Shown: positions 17,714 to 26,389 of the stretch, one piece after another
How positions within the stretch are numbered: position 1 is the first letter of the stretch
Layout: each line of letters opens with the position of its first letter
Source: Vulcanimicrobiota bacterium
GTDB lineage: Bacteria; Vulcanimicrobiota; Vulcanimicrobiia; Vulcanimicrobiales; Vulcanimicrobiaceae
Reading direction: 5' to 3'
Assembly (NCBI GenBank): GCA_963840635.1
Contig: CAWIZU010000008.1
Span: forward strand, 32,268 to 96,267
DNA length: 64,000 nt
The notes under the pieces: generated by a model
Told to the model about the DNA's origin: nothing
Seen by the model: the letters and a program-made list of their open reading frames with translations, nothing else
Database searches by the model: none
Position numbers and translations under genes: made by a program

Positions 17714-18276
17714 TCCAACAGCGTAACGATACCGGTATGTAGATCGTAGACTGCGGCGGCGACGCGAAGAGCACCCGACGCCACCGCCGCACGAACGATC
17801 GACGAGCGCTTTGTGAGTGCGCGCGCGCCAGCGTGCGCATTTGCTACAACAGGGTTCGCGTCGCGCGCAACCGGAGCGATCGCTTCGGCTAAGAGCGCGA
17901 TGTGTCCAGGCGGAGAGCTCCCCGACTGCGCGACCGAAACTGCAGCCTGCACAGCGCCGCAACCCGTGTGCCCGAGCACCAACACGAGTGCGCTTCCCAG
18001 CAGCTCAATCGCATACTCGATCGAACCGAGCCCCTCGGCGGTGACGATGTTCCCCGCCAAGCGAACCACGAACAGGTCGCCCGGGCCCTGGTCGAAGATC
18101 GTCTCAACCGGTACGCGGGAGTCGGAGCACCCAAGAACGACCGCGAAGGGCCGCTGCGCATCGGCAAGTTCGATGCGATGGGCAGAGCTGGGCACCGCGC
18201 GGGGGTGGCCGGCGACATAGCGGCGGTTTCCCTCGAGCAGGCGGGCAAGCGCCGCGTCCTCTACGGCTGGGTGCAT
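17710..18276 (-). CDS. beta-class carbonic anhydrase
   Basis: 188-aa ORF with LGCSDSRVPVETIFDQGPGDLFVVRLAGN and LGHTGCGAV (Cys/His/Cys zinc ligands). It converges on the antiporter gene with a 4-nt overlap. Confidence 0.88.
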   Translation of the reverse strand: MHPAVEDAALARLLEGNRRYVAGHPRAVPSSAHRIELADAQRPFAVVLGCSDSRVPVETIFDQGPGDLFVVRLAGNIVTAEGLGSIEYAIELLGSALVLVLGHTGCGAVQAAVSVAQSGSSPPGHIALLAEAIAPVARDANPVVANAHAGARALTKRSSIVRAAVASGALRVAAAVYDLHTGIVTLLD

Positions 18277-18501
18277 GCGATCGCGGTCCTCCGGTTGCGC
18301 CCGGAGGCGCGGTGTGATAGTCTACCCCTTGGCTCCGAAGACCGTAGGGCTGCCGCAGGGCAGTTAATGGAGGCGAAAGCTAACCCCTACAGAGGTGCGA
18401 CGTAAGAGATCTCCCCGCAGCGTTTGCTGTTTGGCTTTCTTCAAGCGCCCTCCGGACGGATGGAGCGCTTTTTTTAATCCAAGAAAGCAGCAACAACGTC
18501 A
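18277..18501 (+). promoter_or_regulatory. rplJ 5' leader (L10-leader-like) ending in an attenuator-type hairpin
   Basis: 225-nt untranslated, GC-rich, helix-rich region directly upstream of rplJ. It ends in a hairpin followed by a T7 run (next feature). Confidence 0.5.
18443..18475 (+). terminator. intrinsic terminator/attenuator 27 nt upstream of the rplJ ATG
   Basis: AAGCG(CC)CTCC-GGACGGAT-GGAGCGCTT stem followed by TTTTTTT (18469-18475). Confidence 0.6.
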
Positions 18502-19035
18502 ATGCCAACCGCACGTAAAGAAAACGCGGTGAAAGAGTTGCGCGATCGGCTCGCCGGTTCGCAGAACTTGTTTTTGACCGACTTCCAAGGCCTCACCGTC
18601 GAAGAGATCACGAAACTTCGCAGTGAGCTGCGCAAAGACGGCAGCACGTATGCCGTCGTCAAGAACACGCTCTTCAAGATCGCTGCCGGCGAAGAGATCG
18701 CCAAGCAGCTCGATGCGTTTCTGGCCGGTCCGACCGGCATCGTTTTCGCAGGCACCGATCCGGTCGCGCCCGCGAAGGCGATTAAACAGTTCGCAGACGA
18801 CAGCAAGAAGCTCGGGATCAAAGCTGCCTACATCGACGGGATTCTCGTCGATGCGAAGCAGGTCAACGTCCTCGCCGCGCTGCCGCCGAAGATCGAACTC
18901 ATCGCCAAACTCGTTGGTACGCTCGCGAACCCGCTGCGCGGTCTTGTTACCGTGCTCTCGGGCAATCAGAGCGGCCTGGTCCGCGCACTCAATGCCATCC
19001 GCGAGCAAAAAGAAGCCGCGGGTTCGAACGCTTAA
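18502..19035 (+). CDS. rplJ: 50S ribosomal protein L10
   Basis: 177-aa ORF MPTARKENAVKELRDRLAGSQNLFLTDFQGLTVEEITKLR... Confidence 0.95.
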   Translation: MPTARKENAVKELRDRLAGSQNLFLTDFQGLTVEEITKLRSELRKDGSTYAVVKNTLFKIAAGEEIAKQLDAFLAGPTGIVFAGTDPVAPAKAIKQFADDSKKLGIKAAYIDGILVDAKQVNVLAALPPKIELIAKLVGTLANPLRGLVTVLSGNQSGLVRALNAIREQKEAAGSNA

Positions 19036-19050
19036 GGAGATTCATCTATC

Positions 19051-19419
19051 ATGGCAGTTGCCGAAGTCATCGAACAAATCGATAAACTCACCGTGCTCGA
19101 GCTCGCCGACCTCGTCAAGCAGCTCGAAGAGAAGTACGGCGTTAGCGCCGCAGCACCGGTCGCAATGGCCGCTCCCGCCGCCGCAGCTGCAGCACCGGCC
19201 GCAGAGAAGACCGAATTCGACGTGATCCTCTCGGAAGCGGGACCGGAGAAGATCAAGGTCATCAAGGCCGTGCGCGAACTCACCAGCCTCGGCCTCACCG
19301 AGGCGAAGGCGTTCGTGGAGAGCGCGCCCAAGGCCGTCAAAGAAGGCGTCACCAAAGACGAAGCCGAGAGCGTCAAGAAGAAGCTCGAGGAAGCCGGCGC
19401 CAAGGTCGAGATCAAGTAA
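19051..19419 (+). CDS. rplL: 50S ribosomal protein L7/L12
   Basis: 122-aa ORF with an Ala-rich hinge and C-terminal [54 protein letters not shown]. Confidence 0.95.
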   Translation: MAVAEVIEQIDKLTVLELADLVKQLEEKYGVSAAAPVAMAAPAAAAAAPAAEKTEFDVILSEAGPEKIKVIKAVRELTSLGLTEAKAFVESAPKAVKEGVTKDEAESVKKKLEEAGAKVEIK

Positions 19420-19442
19420 CTTCGATCTCGGGAAAACCAAGG

Positions 19443-19475
19443 CGGGGTCGCAGCGATGCGGCCCCGTTTTTATTT
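19443..19475. terminator. intrinsic terminator after rplL, probably bidirectional
   Basis: CGGGGTCGCA-GCGA-TGCGGCCCCG followed by TTTTTATTT on the + strand. On the - strand the same stem is followed by TTGGTTTT, 3 nt after the stop of the convergent ORF 19478..19855. Confidence 0.7.
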
Positions 19476-19477
19476 GT

Positions 19478-19855
19478 CTACGGTTTCCAAACGAAGCGCC
19501 CGTTCTCGTAGGCGAGCTGATCGCTCGACGATGCGCTGAGCCACCATTTAATTTCTGCCGTTCCAACCGTTGCTGAACCTTGGCCCGCTTTTTTGAAGAC
19601 CGCCTTTAACTCGTACGTCGTGTCGGTCTTTGGCAACTTCAAGCTGATCCGGCCGCCGGGATCGACCCAGCCACTTGCAACTTCCGTGAGGTGGAAAGCC
19701 GGTCCGAACCTGTGGTAGATGTACACGTTCGCACCGTTCTTCGTGGTGTTGGTGACGCGGTAGTTGAGCGTCTCATACGCGGCGAGTGTCACCGACGGTG
19801 CAAGCAGTACCCCGACGAAGACGAGCAGCAAAAAACGGCGAGGAATCCTTAGCAA
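19478..19855 (-). CDS. hypothetical secreted protein
   Basis: 125-aa ORF with a signal-peptide-like N terminus (MLRIPRRFLLLVFVGVLLAPSVTLAAYE). No recognisable family. Confidence 0.6.
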   Translation of the reverse strand: MLRIPRRFLLLVFVGVLLAPSVTLAAYETLNYRVTNTTKNGANVYIYHRFGPAFHLTEVASGWVDPGGRISLKLPKTDTTYELKAVFKKAGQGSATVGTAEIKWWLSASSSDQLAYENGRFVWKP

Positions 19856-19905
19856 TAACGGGCACCTCCCATCTGAAAAAGGGCGTTTCTTAGGTCACGA
19901 CCAAA

Positions 19906-20403
19906 ATGCCTCGCATGAACCGCGAAAATATCATTATTTTCATCATCATCTTGGCGTTGGTTCTCTACCGTTCATCCCGGCCGCAGCGCACGAGCGTCAC
20001 GCGCATGTGGATCTACGCCGGCATCCTCATGGCGGTCGGCGTGCTCTTGCTCTATGAAAGTGTTGCGCTCTTTCATCCGCCGTTCTGGGAGATTGCCGCA
20101 GCGATCGTGCTCGGCCTCGCTGCCGGGGTTCCGGTCGGCCTGCTGCGCGGACACCACACGCAGGTGAGCGCCACCGACCGTCACGGTGTCATGCAACTTG
20201 GCCCGTCGTGGCAGACGGCATTAATCTACATCGCCGCATTTGGTGCGCGGTTCGCAATTCGTGCGGAATTGTCGCCAACGAGCACGATCGGCAACGTCGT
20301 CGGCGACGGGTTGCTTTTCTTTGCGATCGGCATCATCGGAGCGACGTACTATGCCGTCTATCAGAAGTACGAAGCCCTGGATCACGCCACGCCCGTAACC
20401 TAG
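19906..20403 (+). CDS. hypothetical integral membrane protein (4 predicted TM helices)
   Basis: 165-aa ORF with hydrophobic segments IIIFIIILALVLY, MWIYAGILMAVGVLLLY, EIAAAIVLGLAAGVPVGLL and LLFFAIGIIGATYYAVY. Confidence 0.6.
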   Translation: MPRMNRENIIIFIIILALVLYRSSRPQRTSVTRMWIYAGILMAVGVLLLYESVALFHPPFWEIAAAIVLGLAAGVPVGLLRGHHTQVSATDRHGVMQLGPSWQTALIYIAAFGARFAIRAELSPTSTIGNVVGDGLLFFAIGIIGATYYAVYQKYEALDHATPVT

Positions 20404-20406
20404 GCG

Positions 20407-20967
20407 ATGGATCCGACCTCCGAACTGCGCGAGCGCGACGCGCTCCTCGAACGCATCGCTGCGCACGTCGATCAGCACGGCATTGGCAGTGCAACGCTTG
20501 AATCGCTCGCGGACCTGCTTGGGGTTGGCGCCGAGCGGCTCGAGGAATTCTTCCCCACAAAAACTGAGCTGATCGTGGCGCTGATCGCGCGCAACCGGAT
20601 CGCGATGCGCACGAAGTTCGCGAAGCTCGATGTCTCGATGGAGCCCGATGCGCTTCGGCGTGCTATGTGGGACTTTTACGTGGAGACGTCGAGCGCATCG
20701 CGCCTCTTCTTTGAAGTGTACGGGCTTGCGCTCTCGGACGAGCATTACGGCGAGTTTCTCCACGGCATCAACGATTGGCTCGGACTACTCAAAGAGTGGC
20801 TGACGCGCCACGGCGTTTCGAGCGAACGGGCCGAGGCGCTTGCGACCCTTACGCTCGCGGTCTATCGCGGCGCGATGATGGATCTGCTCGCGACCGGCGA
20901 GCGGCCGCGGGTCAATGCAGCGATGGAAGTTTGGTTTTCGGCGGCGACCTGGCTGAGCGGTCCATAA
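20407..20967 (+). CDS. TetR/AcrR-family transcriptional regulator
   Basis: 186-aa ORF. The N-terminal HTH region is LLERIAAHVDQHGIGSATLESLADLLGVGAERLEEFFPTKTELIVALI. Confidence 0.8.
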   Translation: MDPTSELRERDALLERIAAHVDQHGIGSATLESLADLLGVGAERLEEFFPTKTELIVALIARNRIAMRTKFAKLDVSMEPDALRRAMWDFYVETSSASRLFFEVYGLALSDEHYGEFLHGINDWLGLLKEWLTRHGVSSERAEALATLTLAVYRGAMMDLLATGERPRVNAAMEVWFSAATWLSGP

Positions 20968-20979
20968 CAAAGCCCGGTC

Positions 20980-21011
20980 AGCATACTTGAAACGACTGTT
21001 TCAGGTATGCT
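20980..21011. promoter_or_regulatory. 14-bp inverted repeat, candidate TetR operator
   Basis: AGCATACTTGAAAC-gact-GTTTCAGGTATGCT, with 13 of 14 positions complementary. It ends 11 nt upstream of the second tetR start (21023). Confidence 0.55.
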
Positions 21012-21022
21012 AGGTTGGCGGT

Positions 21023-21595
21023 ATGACCCGGACGGTCGACCTTGAAAGCCGCACTGCGCTGCTCGAGCGTGTGACCGGCTACGTGCTTGAGCACGGCTTC
21101 GCAGATCTCTCGCTGCGGCCGCTCGCGGAAGCGGTTGAATCGAGCCCGCGGATGCTGCTCTACCACTTCGGTTCGAAAGAAGACATGGTCACCGGCGTGC
21201 TGCGCGCAATTCGCGGGCGGCAACTTGCGGTATTCGACGAGTTGCGGCGCAGCGAACTGCCGACCCCGGTCGCGGTCTGCAAAGCCGCATGGGCGTACAT
21301 GACGCAGCCGAACGTCGGCCCGATGCTCAAACTGTTTTTCGAGACGTATGCGCTCGCATTGCGCAAGCCGAAAGCCTTCCCGGGTTTTCTTGAAGGCGCC
21401 GTCGAGGACTGGCTGACCTTTCTTTCCGATCCAATCTGCAATCGCGGTGCGAGCCGCCAAGAGGCGCGCGCCATTGCCACCATCACACTTGCTTTGTTTC
21501 GCGGGTTCATGCTCGACTACGCCGCTACCGGCGATCACGAACGCATCGGACGTGCGATCGATCTGTGGAGCGACAAATATGCTCAACAAACGTAG
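21023..21595 (+). CDS. TetR/AcrR-family transcriptional regulator (paralogue of 20407..20967)
   Basis: 190-aa ORF with HTH LLERVTGYVLEHGFADLSLRPLAEAVESSPRMLLYHFGSKEDMVTGVL. Its C-terminal region parallels that of the first TetR. Confidence 0.82.
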   Translation: MTRTVDLESRTALLERVTGYVLEHGFADLSLRPLAEAVESSPRMLLYHFGSKEDMVTGVLRAIRGRQLAVFDELRRSELPTPVAVCKAAWAYMTQPNVGPMLKLFFETYALALRKPKAFPGFLEGAVEDWLTFLSDPICNRGASRQEARAIATITLALFRGFMLDYAATGDHERIGRAIDLWSDKYAQQT

Positions 21596-22856
21596 TGGCG
21601 CAATAACGTTCATCTTCGTGACCGTCTTGCTCGACATGATTGCGCTGGGCATCATGGTGCCGGTCTTTCAACCGCTCGTGCTCAGTTTTACGCACGGGAA
21701 TTACGCGAACGCTTCGTTGCTCTCCGGGGTCTTTGCAACGGTCTTTGCGATCGTGCAATTCTTCGGATCGCCGATTCTCGGGACGCTCTCGGATCGCGTC
21801 GGTCGACGGCCGGTCGTGTTGCTTTCGAATTTCGGAACAGCTATCGATTACGTCATTCTCGCGCTCGCGCCCAATCTCGCTTGGCTCTTCCTCGGCCGCG
21901 TGCTCTCCGGCGCTACGACCGCGAGCGTCACCGTTGCGAGCGCCTACATCGCCGATGTTACGCCCGAAGACAAGCGGGCCGGCGCGTACGGCATGATCAG
22001 CGCGGCGTTCGGCGTCGGCTTCGTGGTCGGGCCCGCAATCGGCGGATTGCTCGCCGTACACGGTCTGCGGCTGCCGTTCTGGGTCGCGGGAGCACTGAGT
22101 CTCATCAACTTTTTCTACGGCTTCTTTGTGCTGCCTGAGTCGCTTGCTCCCGAAAATCGCAACGCGTTCTCGTGGCAGCGTGCCAATCCGCTCGGCGCGA
22201 TAAAGATGCTCCGCCGGCACGCCGAACTTGCTGGGCTTGCGTCCTCGAATCTGATCGGATACGTCGCGCACGAGGCGCTGCCGCAACTCTACGTGCTCTA
22301 CACGATGCTCGTTTTTGCCTGGACGACGAGCACGATCGGCCTTTCGCTTGCAGTCGTCGGTATCTTTACGATTTTGGTTTCGGCTTTCGTGATTCAGCCG
22401 GTCGTCGATCGCATCGGCGAACGACGTGCCGTGCTGCTCGGCTTGTTGCTCGGCGCCGCGGGATTTTGTATGTATGGCGGCAATCAGCTGCTCTTTTGGA
22501 TTGCGATTCCGATCAACATGTGCTGGATGATCGCGGGGTCCGCCTCACAAGCGTTGATGACGCGGCGCGTGGGCAGGCACGAACAAGGCGAACTCCAAGG
22601 CGCGATCAATCTGCTGCGTAGCCTCGGGATGCTGCTCGGCCCAGCGATTTTTACCGGAACGTTCGCGTATTCGATAAGCTCGTCACATGCGTGGCGGATG
22701 CCGAGCGCAGCATGGTTTTTGGGCGGAGCGTTGCTCGTTCTCGCCGCAATTGTTGCATGGAAGGCGACGAGCGCGAGCGACGACGTGCGCGGAAGCGTCG
22801 ACAGAACGGCCGTGCTCGAAGAGGCGCTGGTCGGCGATACGCCGGTCGCGGAATAG
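21579..22856 (+). CDS. MFS efflux transporter (TetA/TCR-like)
   Basis: Met45 of ORF 21447..22856. MLNKRSGAITFIFVTVLLDMIALGIMVPV and GTLSDRVGRRPVVLLS (MFS motif A) are present, with ~12 TM helices. It overlaps the tetR stop by 17 nt. Confidence 0.85.
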   Translation: MLNKRSGAITFIFVTVLLDMIALGIMVPVFQPLVLSFTHGNYANASLLSGVFATVFAIVQFFGSPILGTLSDRVGRRPVVLLSNFGTAIDYVILALAPNLAWLFLGRVLSGATTASVTVASAYIADVTPEDKRAGAYGMISAAFGVGFVVGPAIGGLLAVHGLRLPFWVAGALSLINFFYGFFVLPESLAPENRNAFSWQRANPLGAIKMLRRHAELAGLASSNLIGYVAHEALPQLYVLYTMLVFAWTTSTIGLSLAVVGIFTILVSAFVIQPVVDRIGERRAVLLGLLLGAAGFCMYGGNQLLFWIAIPINMCWMIAGSASQALMTRRVGRHEQGELQGAINLLRSLGMLLGPAIFTGTFAYSISSSHAWRMPSAAWFLGGALLVLAAIVAWKATSASDDVRGSVDRTAVLEEALVGDTPVAE

Positions 22857-22893
22857 TGAGTCACACTGGCCACCGGCAATACGCTGGCGATAT

Positions 22894-23679
22894 ATGACGT
22901 ATGTTCACGGCTACGATCCACGCGAAGCCGTTCGGTTGGCCGATCAGGCGCAGACGCTTGCAGCGCTGTTGCACCATGACACAGCCTATCCCGCCGGCTC
23001 GACGGTGTTGGAAGCTGGGTGCGGCGTCGGCGCGCAGACCGTCACGCTTGCACGCAACAGTCCCGGCGCATCGATCATCTCGGTCGATATCACGGAATCG
23101 TCGGTTGCGCAGGCGCGCTCCGCCGTTGTTGCGGCCGGTTTGACGGACGTGACGGTCGAGCGCGCCGACATCTTCGACCTGCCGTATGCTGCGCAGTCAT
23201 TCGATCACGTCTTTGTGTGCTTCGTTCTGGAACATCTGCGCGAGCCGATCGTCGCCCTTCGCGCCTTATTGCGGGTACTCAAACCGCGCGGCACGATCAC
23301 GGTTATCGAAGGCGATCACGGCTCGACGTTTTTCTCGCCGGACAGTGCTCTTGCGCGACGCTGCGTCGAGAGCCTTATCGTGTTGCAAGAGCGTGCCGGC
23401 GGCAACGGGCTCATCGGGCGCGAGCTCTATCCGCTGCTGGTCGAGTCCGGTCTTGTGGACGTCCGCGTGTCGCCGCGCTTGGTGTACGTCGACGCGAGTA
23501 AACCGCAACTGGTCGATGGATTCACGCGGCGCACGTTTACGGCCATGGTCGAAGGCGTGCGCGAAGACGCGATCGAGCAAGGGCTGATGAGCGCCGGCGA
23601 TTTCGATCGCGGCATTGCCGACCTGTACCGGACGGCGCAAGAAGACGGCACGTTTTGCTACTACATTTTTCAAAGGTAG
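22894..23679 (+). CDS. class I SAM-dependent methyltransferase
   Basis: Met70 of ORF 22687..23679. [16 protein letters not shown] is motif [14 protein letters not shown] and [11 protein letters not shown] are also present. Confidence 0.8.
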   Translation: MTYVHGYDPREAVRLADQAQTLAALLHHDTAYPAGSTVLEAGCGVGAQTVTLARNSPGASIISVDITESSVAQARSAVVAAGLTDVTVERADIFDLPYAAQSFDHVFVCFVLEHLREPIVALRALLRVLKPRGTITVIEGDHGSTFFSPDSALARRCVESLIVLQERAGGNGLIGRELYPLLVESGLVDVRVSPRLVYVDASKPQLVDGFTRRTFTAMVEGVREDAIEQGLMSAGDFDRGIADLYRTAQEDGTFCYYIFQR

Positions 23680-23683
23680 CGGC

Positions 23684-23716
23684 ACAAAAAAATAGCGAGC
23701 ACGTTGCCGTGCTCGC
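23684..23716 (-). terminator. intrinsic terminator of hppA
   Basis: On the - strand: GCGAGCACG-GCAA-CGTGCTCGC (9-bp perfect stem) followed by TATTTTTTTGTG, 25 nt after the hppA stop. Confidence 0.75.
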
Positions 23717-23740
23717 CATTGCCCTCGACCCTGCTCGAGA

Positions 23741-25850
<2,110 letters not shown>

Positions 25851-25939
25851 GTACTAATAGGTCCTTGAGGAAGCAGCAGTGCGGCGCCCGAGGGGCGCCG
25901 CTTGATCTAGCCGGGTACTGCGATTGTGGAGCTTAGTCC

Positions 25940-26389
25940 TTGTGGCACAGGACGGCCCTGCCAAATCCCGAAGGCATCGCGCGCTTGCTGAATCGGATAC
26001 ATCTCCGGCTCTTTGTCCTTGCGCTCGTCCCGGCGCTACTTGCGCAGGGGCGCTCGGCTTCATTTTCGCTCAAGCCGGACTCCGTGACGATCGGCGCGCA
26101 CGCGCGCGTCGCGGAGTTCGAATTCTCCAGCCTGAGCGCGCGTCCGACCGTATTCGAAGTCGAGATCGAGGCCGGCAAGAAGTTCATTGTTGTCCCGTCG
26201 GTGTTTCTGGTCGCGCCGCACGCGACGCAAACGTTTCGCATTGCGCTTCGCACATTTGCATTGCCGCGGAGCGAAGAGAGCTACAAAGTCTCCGTGGTCG
26301 AAGTCGTTCCCGATGCGGCGACGCCACCGCCCTCCGCGCGCCGGTACACGGCGACGCTCGTCCTCTCATCGGCCTCGCCCAAACCGTGA
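25940..26389 (+). CDS. PapD-like pilus chaperone, N-terminal Ig-like domain only
   Basis: Signal-like LLNRIHLRLFVLALVPALLAQG is followed by FSLKPDSVTIG...RPTVFEVEIE...FIVVPSVFLVAPHATQTFRIALRT..LPRSEESYKVSVVEV, which matches the chaperone domain-1 pattern. The ORF stops after ~135 mature residues. The real start may be TTG at about 25985. Confidence 0.6.
   Translation: MWHRTALPNPEGIARLLNRIHLRLFVLALVPALLAQGRSASFSLKPDSVTIGAHARVAEFEFSSLSARPTVFEVEIEAGKKFIVVPSVFLVAPHATQTFRIALRTFALPRSEESYKVSVVEVVPDAATPPPSARRYTATLVLSSASPKP

Noticed and set aside
3241-18276. The 15-kb block between rplA and rplJ as a genomic island or integrative element.
   Set aside because: No integrase, transposase, phage or conjugation genes are present, no flanking direct repeats were seen, and the tRNAs lie 2.5 kb away on the other side of secE-nusG-rplKA. 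It is reported only as a synteny break.
25924-26385. N-terminal 154 codons of the 906-aa ORF 25924..28644, as part of the usher.
   Set aside because: This stretch overlaps the chaperone gene in another frame and reads as Arg-rich nonsense. A signal peptide and a GTGA junction place the usher start at 26386.
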